IMG/VR virus record: IMGVR_UViG_3300044701_003603
Span: 1-32,408 of that record
Strand: one strand, 5' to 3'
DNA: 32,408 bases
Source: a virus
Lineage: Duplodnaviria; Caudoviricetes
Made by a program: the position numbers and the translations under genes. The notes beneath the pieces are model-generated. The model did no database searches and had not been told where the DNA came from. It saw only the letters and a program-made list of their open reading frames with translations. Shown here in pieces: positions 16,403 to 24,642 of the stretch; within the stretch, counting starts at the first letter, position 1; every line of letters starts with the position of its first letter.

Positions 16403-18148
16403 ATGGCCAAAACAATTCCCCAACTCACCGACGCCACAACCGTCAACGCCGCCGACGAGCTAATCATCCAGCAAGGCGGCATTACCAAACGCGCCACCGG
16501 CGCCGAGCTGGCCAAGGGGTTGAATGCGATAAACAAAACGCTGAACATCCGAGATTTTGGAGTTGTTGGCGATGGTTCTGACGAGTCCGCCAAGGTTCAA
16601 GCCGCATTGGACGCCATTAACGCAAGTGGTGGAGGCACGCTGCGCTTTAATGGAGAAGTCATAAGGTGCGACAGTCCGCTTGTCGGATACTCAAACACGC
16701 GACTCATTGGATCACCAAATGCAACAATAGATTTTTCATATCGCGCATCGCGGCTTAACACCGTGGATCAAGGATTGTTTGTTTTTAGAGGATCAGCCGC
16801 CGCGCCGCAGTCATTGGCATCAGATGCCGCTTTTGAAACCAATGTCGTTGCGCTTAGCAGCACAACTGGCTTTTCAGAGGGCGACCTTATTGAACTGTCG
16901 ATGGACAATGAAGGCTCTTTTCCTGATACGTCAATAAACGTCAAAAGCGGTCAACTGAACATTGTCACAAAAGTCAATGCTTCATCACTTGTTTTGGATA
17001 CTGCAGTTATGGAGCCTCTTGGCTACTCCGTCGCTAATACAGCCCGCGTAAGAAAGATCGCGCCGGTAGAAAATGTTACCATTGAAGGAATGACATTTAT
17101 TGGAGGCGGGCGGCCAGCGTCTACCGCAGGCGATTACGGACTCAGAATTTTCTTTGGCAAAAACGTGGCGATCAAAAACTGTGTGTTTCGGCAAATCGAC
17201 GCCCGGGCTTTAGAGGTCGTTGGATGCTACAATTTTACTATTTCCGGCAATGAACTATATTTCGACAATCTTGACACAAACACAAATGTCAGCTATGGAG
17301 TTATTTTTAGCTCAAGCTCGTTCGGTAATATTGTCAACAATGTTATTACTAAAGCGCGGCATGGAATTGTCTCGTCGCATTTATCTACTAATGCTACATT
17401 TGCATATTATGGGGTTAGCCGTTTCGTCAATATAGCTAACAATGTTGTAACCGGCAATTACGGTGATCTTTCTGGCTTAGGATACACGGCCTCGCATGCC
17501 GGCATTTCTACTCATATTGACTGCGAGCTTGTTAATATAACGGGCAACCATGTTTCTGGATGTAAGCACGGCATCAATCCGCGCACGTTTAATGTGTGCA
17601 TAAGTAATAATATTGTTTCTGGCAATGATGTCGGAATATATCTGTCTGGAGTGTATAATAATATAGCTGTCATGAATAACCATATTTCAGGAGGCGACGT
17701 GGCTATAGCGGATGACTCAAACACAAACGTGCATTCTAATATTGTTATTAGCGGCAATATTCTGAGGCGCACAGGCTCTATTAGCATCACCGCAAGCACG
17801 TCCTCGGTAAGTTATGGTTTTGTTTGCTCGTCCAATCACATTTCTGATTATTCTGGCTCTTCATCCACTGGGGTCATTGTGCTTAACGGCGCATTAAGCG
17901 GTGCCATATCAAACAATATCATCGATGGGGCTTCCATTCCGGCAATTCGCTTAGGCAATACAACCGGAATGGTCGTTCGCGGAAACACTATTTCTAGAAC
18001 AGGTCGACCGCTAAACATTCTAGATACCAACAGAAATACAACTATAAGTGACAATACATTTATGAGCAACACCAATGAATCTGCGGTTAATCCCTTATCG
18101 ACAACAACGATAAGCGGCAACGCCAACTACGGGAGCGCATCCCTATGA
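16403..18148 (+). CDS. Tailspike / polysaccharide depolymerase (right-handed beta-helix)
   Basis: N-terminal anchor MAKTIPQLTDAT..., NIRDFGVVGDGSDESAKVQAALDA neck motif, and many I-S-G/N-N-x-I rungs. GC drops sharply after about 16520. Confidence 0.85.
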   Translation: MAKTIPQLTDATTVNAADELIIQQGGITKRATGAELAKGLNAINKTLNIRDFGVVGDGSDESAKVQAALDAINASGGGTLRFNGEVIRCDSPLVGYSNTRLIGSPNATIDFSYRASRLNTVDQGLFVFRGSAAAPQSLASDAAFETNVVALSSTTGFSEGDLIELSMDNEGSFPDTSINVKSGQLNIVTKVNASSLVLDTAVMEPLGYSVANTARVRKIAPVENVTIEGMTFIGGGRPASTAGDYGLRIFFGKNVAIKNCVFRQIDARALEVVGCYNFTISGNELYFDNLDTNTNVSYGVIFSSSSFGNIVNNVITKARHGIVSSHLSTNATFAYYGVSRFVNIANNVVTGNYGDLSGLGYTASHAGISTHIDCELVNITGNHVSGCKHGINPRTFNVCISNNIVSGNDVGIYLSGVYNNIAVMNNHISGGDVAIADDSNTNVHSNIVISGNILRRTGSISITASTSSVSYGFVCSSNHISDYSGSSSTGVIVLNGALSGAISNNIIDGASIPAIRLGNTTGMVVRGNTISRTGRPLNILDTNRNTTISDNTFMSNTNESAVNPLSTTTISGNANYGSASL

Positions 18149-18513
18149 GCACCGCGTTAAACTCACCATCGTTTGTCGATCCTGTAAAGGCTCAAGGATT
18201 CTATTCATTTGTCGTAACCATTGACGACGATGATGTTTACTCATTCGTTCCTAAAGGCGCGTGCGGGCATTTGTTAATAGCGACCACCAGCGTGGACGGT
18301 CATGGCGGATTTTGGTATAGAAATTCGTCAATAGTAAAGCAATTCGGAGCCGCCAATACAGTTGGCGCAACAGGAGTGCTGTCTGGCTCAACCGGAGCCG
18401 ATGGGCAAACAGCGGTGTCTGTGAATTCTGGAACACTTTACATTGAAAATCGAAGTGGAGCAGAGTGTGAGTATACGGTGACAATATTTGCGCAAAATAG
18501 CACGTACGAATAA
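18145..18513 (+). CDS. Tailspike-associated beta-sandwich protein
   Basis: 122 aa, low GC like the tailspike, ATGA-coupled; contains GTLYIENRSG. Confidence 0.6.
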   Translation: MSTALNSPSFVDPVKAQGFYSFVVTIDDDDVYSFVPKGACGHLLIATTSVDGHGGFWYRNSSIVKQFGAANTVGATGVLSGSTGADGQTAVSVNSGTLYIENRSGAECEYTVTIFAQNSTYE

Positions 18514-20501
18514 TGCCCCTCCAATCTCCAACCGCACGCGACGGAGACGCAGGTTTCATCGGCTTTGCCAGCCGGATGAATCCGGTGTCGTTGCCGGCAG
18601 GCGTGTTGCAGCTCTCGGAGAATATGCGCCTCGACCGTGGGACGGCCAAGACGCGCAAGGGAGTGAAGCGCTTGGCCGATGACATCCTTCCTTCCAATTC
18701 GCCGCTGACGGTGCCCTTCTTGTTGGACCCTGCGCCGGTGGTGCGCGAAAGCTACGCGGGAGGAATCTTCGCGGGATGCGCCTACCGCTCGCCGTCTCAG
18801 ACCAACAGCGAGGAGTGCATCGTGCTGGCTGGTGCGAGCGAGGCGTATGTCTACCAAGATCCGTCACAAGCCTACTTGCGGGATCAAGACGGCAACATCA
18901 TCACCGACCACTTGGGCAACCCGATCCAAGGCGCTTCTTTCCCCGCAACCCTGACCTATCCTTCCGGCGAGACCATCGAAGTGGCCGACGAGGTCTCGAT
19001 GATACAGGCTTTTGACCGGCTCTATCTTCTGCGCTCGGCATCCATCGGCGTTCAGGGATTTGAGGAGAAGTCGGTGACAGGCGGCGGCATTTCTGTGGCA
19101 GGAACCACCGCGACAGTAAACAGCACGGCACACGGATACTCGGTCGGTCAGCGCGTGCGCATCGAAGGGTCTACGGTCGCCGCCTTCTCGGGCCACGAAT
19201 ACGACATCGCCACGGTCGCCACGAACTCTTTCACGATCACAGTGCCGAGCGGCACGGCGTCAGACGCTACGGCCACCGGCCGCACGGTGCGCCGCACAAA
19301 GCCGCCTCTCTACTGGGACGGAGTCGCCAGCGCCTTCGTGAAATCTGCCGGTGGCGTTCCCGCCGAAGGACCGACCTATCGCACCATGCGCTCGGTTGGC
19401 TTTGGCGCCTACATCACCAACCGCATGTGGATACCGGACGGCCGCGACACGGTTGCGGTGTCGGACTACTTAAACGCCAACACCTACGACCCGTTCTGGC
19501 AGAGTTTCCGCGCCAACCAAGGCAGCAACGACTACATTGTAGCCATCCACCCATGGCGCGAGGGATCGGTGCTGATCTTCATGCGCAATTCGATCTGGCT
19601 GGCGGAGATTAACCAGATCCCAAGCACCGATGGCTCTGCCTTTGAGATCGACACTCCGGTGACAAGCCTTGTGCTCTTGAGCAACGAGGTCGGATGCGTG
19701 GCACGCCGCAGCATCCAGACGGCAGGCAACTTCGTCTACTTTTTGGCTGACAATGGTGTTCACCGCCTCGACACGCAGCTTGATCTCAAGTTGCAGGGTA
19801 ACACGCTGCCTCTCTCAGACCCGATTGCCGACCAGTTGGAAAACCTCAACTACGAGTTGGCGGACGGCGCGGTCGGCCTCTACTTGAACAACCGCTACTT
19901 CCTCTCGGCGCCTGTTGACGGCGCGATAGTGGAAGGGCAAGCGGCAGAGGGCAACAACACGCTGCTAATTTACTCGGCGCTCAACCAGCAGTGGGAAAGC
20001 AAGGACACCTACGGCGCCTCCCTCGATGACCTTATCGTGTCCGCGTATGGCGCAGAGCGCCGCGTCTATGCGGTCAACCGTGCGGGCAAGCTGCTGCTTC
20101 TGGACGAGCAGGAGGCGGGCGATGATCCGATGGACAGCGCGGTGGGCGCGGGCTTTGAGGCGCCGGTGCGGGGCAGGATCAAGACGCGCCGCTACGGATT
20201 CGGCAGCATGCACACCAAGCGCTTCGTTCGCTCACTGTCTGACGTTGTGCTGCCAGACACTGGCTCCATCAGCGTGAAGGCGCACATGGTCAATCCCGAC
20301 GCCGAGATCACGCTGGTGCCGGGGCAGACCAACACGTCCGGCCTTGCCGAAGACTACACGCTCAAGCAGCCCATTCGGACCAAGGCGCACTACTGTGAGC
20401 TTGAATTTATCACCACGGCCAACCGGCCGGAGATCCGCAATGTCAGCGTTGAGGCGGTCGCAGCAAGCCTGCCACAGACAGAGACAAGGAACGCAGCTTA
20501 A
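18513..20501 (+). CDS. Tail tubular protein B / nozzle (P22 gp10-like DNA stabilisation protein)
   Basis: 662 aa beta-propeller-like, with VGCVARRSIQTAGNFVYFLADNGV and LSDPI, plus an inserted TAHGYSVGQRVRIEG beta-barrel domain. Confidence 0.75.
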   Translation: MPLQSPTARDGDAGFIGFASRMNPVSLPAGVLQLSENMRLDRGTAKTRKGVKRLADDILPSNSPLTVPFLLDPAPVVRESYAGGIFAGCAYRSPSQTNSEECIVLAGASEAYVYQDPSQAYLRDQDGNIITDHLGNPIQGASFPATLTYPSGETIEVADEVSMIQAFDRLYLLRSASIGVQGFEEKSVTGGGISVAGTTATVNSTAHGYSVGQRVRIEGSTVAAFSGHEYDIATVATNSFTITVPSGTASDATATGRTVRRTKPPLYWDGVASAFVKSAGGVPAEGPTYRTMRSVGFGAYITNRMWIPDGRDTVAVSDYLNANTYDPFWQSFRANQGSNDYIVAIHPWREGSVLIFMRNSIWLAEINQIPSTDGSAFEIDTPVTSLVLLSNEVGCVARRSIQTAGNFVYFLADNGVHRLDTQLDLKLQGNTLPLSDPIADQLENLNYELADGAVGLYLNNRYFLSAPVDGAIVEGQAAEGNNTLLIYSALNQQWESKDTYGASLDDLIVSAYGAERRVYAVNRAGKLLLLDEQEAGDDPMDSAVGAGFEAPVRGRIKTRRYGFGSMHTKRFVRSLSDVVLPDTGSISVKAHMVNPDAEITLVPGQTNTSGLAEDYTLKQPIRTKAHYCELEFITTANRPEIRNVSVEAVAASLPQTETRNAA

Positions 20502-20520
20502 CAATTAAGGAGAACAATCA

Positions 20521-21192
20521 ATGGCAACAGTTACAGCAGGATATAATTGGGTCAGTGGCGAAACTGTCACCCCCGCGAAACTCAACTCAACCGGTTCGCC
20601 GACTGTTGTGCTGGCAGATGGCGAAGTGACCAACGCCAAACTGGCGAGCGGCATTGACGCGGCCAAGGTCACAACAGGAACACTGCCGATTACAAGGATT
20701 GCGGATGGCGCGGTTGTTGCGGCAAAGATGCAAAACGGCGTTTCTTTGCAAACCGTTGTTTCAAGTAAGTCCAGCGTCCAGTCTTTGGCAAATGTTGTTC
20801 CTTATGACAACACGGTTCCTCAAAGCGGCGAAGGCGAAGAGATTCTAACGGCGTCCATCACTCCGTCTTCAGCGACAAATAAAGTCTTGGTAGAGGCCAC
20901 GATTACCGGAACGCAGGCTAACGCCGGAACCATTATCTTTGCACTCTTTCGCGGGTCATCTGCAAACGCTATCGGAACGGCGATCCATTCGTTTCAGTCT
21001 GGATACGGAGGACAGTGCCACGTTGCGTTTTACGACTCGCCCGCAACAACATCTGCAACCACATACAGGTTGCGAGGTGGCTATGCGTCTGGAGGTAGTG
21101 GCTTTTATATCAATGGATCAGGGACAGGAGGGGCTTTGTTTGGCGGGACTCTTATTAGCTGGATGAAGCTGACAGAAATCAAAGCCAGCTAA
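20521..21192 (+). CDS. Short tail fiber / tail-needle-like protein
   Basis: GETVTPAKLN N-terminus, VTNAKLA repeats, and ASITPSSATNKVLV...DSPATTSATTY...LTEIKA C-domain. AAGGAG RBS. Confidence 0.65.
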   Translation: MATVTAGYNWVSGETVTPAKLNSTGSPTVVLADGEVTNAKLASGIDAAKVTTGTLPITRIADGAVVAAKMQNGVSLQTVVSSKSSVQSLANVVPYDNTVPQSGEGEEILTASITPSSATNKVLVEATITGTQANAGTIIFALFRGSSANAIGTAIHSFQSGYGGQCHVAFYDSPATTSATTYRLRGGYASGGSGFYINGSGTGGALFGGTLISWMKLTEIKAS

Positions 21193-21539
21193 TGACCCCA
21201 TGGCAAAAGGCAAAACACTGGTGGGACAACCACAGCACGCAAGACTTCTGGGAGCTTGTCGGCGAGCATTTGTCGGCGGGCTTAGTCCACGCCACACCGG
21301 AAGTCTTTCTGCTGGCCAGCGAGTTGCGGTGGAACGCGGAGGATCAAGCCTTTGAAAGCGGCGAGCCGAATTGTTGGTTCGTCACTTTGGCTGCTGCTGC
21401 TGGCCGCGCAAACCCTGTGCGGGAGTTTATGCGCGTGGCGACACGCCCGCAGCAATACGCGGCATGGTGCCGCAGGGGCAGCTTTGAGCCGCGAGTCTAT
21501 TCGTGGGAACAACTAACTAAGAAAGTAGGAGGACAATAA
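21192..21539 (+). CDS. Hypothetical protein, possibly a reduced GNAT fold (T7 gp13-like position)
   Basis: 115 aa with FLLA...NCWFVTLAA...YAAWCRR. Sits between the tail genes and the first ejection gene; the fold call is inference only. Confidence 0.5.
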   Translation: MTPWQKAKHWWDNHSTQDFWELVGEHLSAGLVHATPEVFLLASELRWNAEDQAFESGEPNCWFVTLAAAAGRANPVREFMRVATRPQQYAAWCRRGSFEPRVYSWEQLTKKVGGQ

Positions 21540-21540
21540 T

Positions 21541-22395
21541 ATGGGTGGAGGAAGACCGTCAGCACCAGCGCCGCAACCAGTGCCAGCCGCACCGGCGCCG
21601 ATTGATTACGATAAAATGGCCGCCGCGAGCATTCGCGTGGCGCAAGCGCAAACCCGCGAGGAAGAAGCGGCGATCAAGCGGTTGTATCCAGAATACATCC
21701 GCATGCAGTTCGGCACCGCCGACCAGCTCGCTGGTAGGCTCGACAACGAATACCTCCAGCGCACGCGCGGCGTCATCGGCGAGGAGCTGCAAGCGGCGTC
21801 CGCACCGAACGCCATTGAGGCGCAGCTTCAGCGGGATGCGGAGTCTGAACTCGCCCTCGGTCGCTCGCTCTCACCGGAGCAGATGCGCGAAGCCTCGCAG
21901 TCGGCACGCGCGGCGTTTGCTGCTCGCGGCCTTGGCACCTCGATGGGCAGCAGCGCGGCGGAGATTCTTAACCGTGATGCTTATGGCCAGCAGCGGCTAG
22001 ATGCGCGACGTGGCTTTGCGGCTGGCGTGAACACAATGGATTTGGCCCGCCGCGAACGACGTGTCGGACTGGCTGGCGCCTACATGGACATGGACCCCTA
22101 CCGTCAGGCTATCGGGCCAGCGTTTCAGCTTGGACTGGGCACACTGGGCAATACGACACAGCAGGTGAGCGGGATCTTTGGCAACTCGCTGCGCATGGGC
22201 GCTGGCGTCGAGACCTTCAACACGAATATGGCTGCGAGCAACCGCAACGCTATCCTCAACAATAATGCTGCGATGCAGGCGGCGTCTATGCAAGCTGGTG
22301 CCCAGCAGAACGCGGGCATGATGGGGATGTTTGGCGGGATCGGCGGCGGCATCGCTTCCGGCGCGGGCATGGCTATCGCGGGCGCCTCTTTCTAA
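21541..22395 (+). CDS. Internal virion / DNA ejection (pilot) protein
   Basis: MGGG-P-rich N-terminus, A/Q-rich helices with AARGLGTS, and a Gly-zipper hydrophobic C-tail (GMFGGIGGGIASGAGMAIAGASF). AGGAGG RBS. Confidence 0.7.
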   Translation: MGGGRPSAPAPQPVPAAPAPIDYDKMAAASIRVAQAQTREEEAAIKRLYPEYIRMQFGTADQLAGRLDNEYLQRTRGVIGEELQAASAPNAIEAQLQRDAESELALGRSLSPEQMREASQSARAAFAARGLGTSMGSSAAEILNRDAYGQQRLDARRGFAAGVNTMDLARRERRVGLAGAYMDMDPYRQAIGPAFQLGLGTLGNTTQQVSGIFGNSLRMGAGVETFNTNMAASNRNAILNNNAAMQAASMQAGAQQNAGMMGMFGGIGGGIASGAGMAIAGASF

Positions 22396-23204
22396 TGACC
22401 TACGAAGACAAAGTCTCCTACGCTCACCGGCTCATCGAGCAGTCGCTCGCCGAGTTTGGCAATCCGTGTATCGCTTGCTCGTTTGGCAAGGATAGCATGG
22501 TGGTGCTGGACTTGGTGCGGCGTCACCGCGATGACCTGCCGGTTGTCTTCCACCGCGAGCCTTGGCAGCCGCACAAGTATCGGTTCGCCGATGCGGTGAT
22601 CCAGCACTACGGACTGCGCGTCTACGATTTCCCGCCCTCGGCCACGATGGTGCAGGACGGCGGTGGCGAGGTGGAGATCGCCGGATACTACCAGATCGGC
22701 GCCCGCTACAATATGCTGCCGACCGGCATCCGCGCCCCGAAGGACGGCGAGGACTTTGTCTGCGGACTTGCGGACATCTACCAGCGGCCGACCGGCACGT
22801 TCAATTGGCCGTGGGATGCGATGTTCCATGGCCACAAGGCGAGCGATACGGATGCGGTCTACGGCGGCATCACGATCCGCACCGACGTGGCGCGCAATCT
22901 GGACAGCGCCAGCCTCGTCTTCCCCATCCGCCTCTTCACCGACGAGGACGTGTGGCGCTACATCGAGGAGAACAATTTGCCCATCCACCATGGCCGCTAC
23001 GAGAAGGTTGGCGAGTCATGGCAGGAGCGGGAGGACAAAGGTGACAACCCTGACTATGTGACCGCCTGCACGGCGTGCATGGCCAAGGACGGACCCGCCG
23101 AGGTGCTGTGCCCACGGCTTGGCCAACTGGTCAGCAATGTGAGCGATCAACTCCGGTGGTCACAAAAAGAACGCCCCAGCTACCTGCGGGCCGAAGCAGC
23201 TTAA
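22395..23204 (+). CDS. PAPS-reductase-family (PP-loop adenine nucleotide alpha-hydrolase) protein
   Basis: PP-loop ACSFGKDS, GHKASD, FPIRLFTDEDVWRYI, and CTAC...CP near the C-terminus. TAATG-coupled to the ejection gene. Confidence 0.82.
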   Translation: MTYEDKVSYAHRLIEQSLAEFGNPCIACSFGKDSMVVLDLVRRHRDDLPVVFHREPWQPHKYRFADAVIQHYGLRVYDFPPSATMVQDGGGEVEIAGYYQIGARYNMLPTGIRAPKDGEDFVCGLADIYQRPTGTFNWPWDAMFHGHKASDTDAVYGGITIRTDVARNLDSASLVFPIRLFTDEDVWRYIEENNLPIHHGRYEKVGESWQEREDKGDNPDYVTACTACMAKDGPAEVLCPRLGQLVSNVSDQLRWSQKERPSYLRAEAA

Positions 23205-23228
23205 TCAACAACGAAGGAGAACAAAACT

Positions 23229-23714
23229 ATGTTTAGCTATGCACCCCAAGAATCAGATCAAAGCGGACGCATCATCGCCACAGGCATGATGGGCGCCGCG
23301 CAAACCAACGCCCAGACGATGGGACAAATGGGCCAGGATATTGGCGGGGCGCTGGCGTCCATCGGCGGAATGGTCGGCAACGTCAGTCAGGCCAACGCCC
23401 AGGCGGACTCGGCTTTCGATGCCATCAACGCCATCGGACAGATGTATCCCGGCATGAAAAAGATCTCCAGCGCCCTCGAGGGTATGGACCCGCGCACACG
23501 CCGGCTGGCCTCAATGAGCATCCTCGACAACCTCGGGGCGATTTCGCAACTGGGTATTGCTGGCATGAACAACCAGACGCGCACCGCGCAGCAAGGGCTG
23601 ACGGCACGGATGCCTGCACAACGCGCCGCGGTAACCGCTCAGGCTCAGGTCGCCGCAGGCCAAGGCCGTGTGACCACGATGCCCTCCAACATCAATCCTG
23701 ACGTTATCCCCTAA
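23229..23714 (+). CDS. Internal virion / ejection protein
   Basis: M/Q/A/G-rich (GQDIGGALASIGG), AAGGAG RBS, ejection-cluster context. Confidence 0.6.
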   Translation: MFSYAPQESDQSGRIIATGMMGAAQTNAQTMGQMGQDIGGALASIGGMVGNVSQANAQADSAFDAINAIGQMYPGMKKISSALEGMDPRTRRLASMSILDNLGAISQLGIAGMNNQTRTAQQGLTARMPAQRAAVTAQAQVAAGQGRVTTMPSNINPDVIP

Positions 23715-23715
23715 T

Positions 23716-24642
23716 ATGCCTCCACGCCGAAACAACCAACTACCGCCGCCGGTTGAGCCGGATCTCCCTGCCCTAGAACCCGGCGAGGAAGCCGTGCCGC
23801 TTGATGCCATGGACGAGATGAACGGCGTGAGCGGGATGGATTACGACTACGGGACGCCGGACGATGTCTACAACGATGTCGCCGCGGAACCGTTGCCGGA
23901 AACGGGCGTGGGCTTTGACTTTACCAAGCTCAACGTGCAGACCCGTGAGGACTTTGATGCGTTGCCGGTCGAGCAGCAGGAATTGCTCAAGGCGATGAAG
24001 CGCGGCGTGCAGTTCACGCCGGAAGGTGCGGCGCAGTTTGTGATCAAGCAGCAAGAAGCTCGGGCGGAAATGGATCGCAGGGCGGCTATGATGCAGGCCG
24101 ATCCAGTGCGGCAAGAGCAGACGCGCAAGCTGAAGACTGAGGCGGATGTGCTGGAGGAAAACCGCATGAAGGCGATGCGCAAGACCTTTGAGACGGCGTC
24201 CTACATGGATGACCTGCTGGAAAAGACCAAGACGCATCCTGGGCGGCAATACGCCACGGGCAAGAGCAGCATCTTGCCGAAGGTTCCGGGCACGGCGCCG
24301 GCGGACTTCCAAGTGCTGCTTGACCAGATCGGCGGACAGCAATTCTTACAGGCGTTTGAAACACTCAAGGGCGGCGGTCAGATCACCGAGGTGGAAGGCC
24401 GCAAGGCGACCGAGGCGATGGCGCGGATGAACCCGCGGCAAAGCGAGGAGGCATTCCTGCAGGGCGTCAATGAGTTTCAATCGATCGTGCGTTCCGCCAA
24501 GGAGCGCGCCAACGCCAAGATCCAACCCCAAGATTCCCCATCAACGCCGGCCGCCCAAAGCGCGGCCCCGCGTCAGCGTAAAACAGTAGCAGGAACAACC
24601 TACGAAAAAGGAGCTGACGGAAGATGGTACCAAGTTCGCTAG
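23716..24642 (+). CDS. Internal virion / ejection protein
   Basis: Helical 308-aa protein with FLQAFETLKGGGQITEVEGRKA and a C-terminal TVAGTTYEKGADGRWY hairpin. Confidence 0.65.
   Translation: MPPRRNNQLPPPVEPDLPALEPGEEAVPLDAMDEMNGVSGMDYDYGTPDDVYNDVAAEPLPETGVGFDFTKLNVQTREDFDALPVEQQELLKAMKRGVQFTPEGAAQFVIKQQEARAEMDRRAAMMQADPVRQEQTRKLKTEADVLEENRMKAMRKTFETASYMDDLLEKTKTHPGRQYATGKSSILPKVPGTAPADFQVLLDQIGGQQFLQAFETLKGGGQITEVEGRKATEAMARMNPRQSEEAFLQGVNEFQSIVRSAKERANAKIQPQDSPSTPAAQSAAPRQRKTVAGTTYEKGADGRWYQVR

Noticed and set aside
18135-18150. Programmed frameshift fusing the tailspike to the downstream ORF
   Set aside because: It would need a -1 shift but no X XXY YYZ slippery site is present; a plain ATGA overlap explains the junction.
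11722-21192. Diversity-generating retroelement or invertible tail-fiber switch
   Set aside because: No reverse transcriptase or invertase, and I saw no TR/VR-like ~100-bp duplicate by eye; a self dot-plot would settle it.
22395-23204. Bona fide cysH sulfur-assimilation gene or DndC phosphorothioation system
   Set aside because: It lacks the ECG(L/I)H tail, no dnd/ssp or sulfur-pathway partners are in the window, and it is embedded in the ejection operon.
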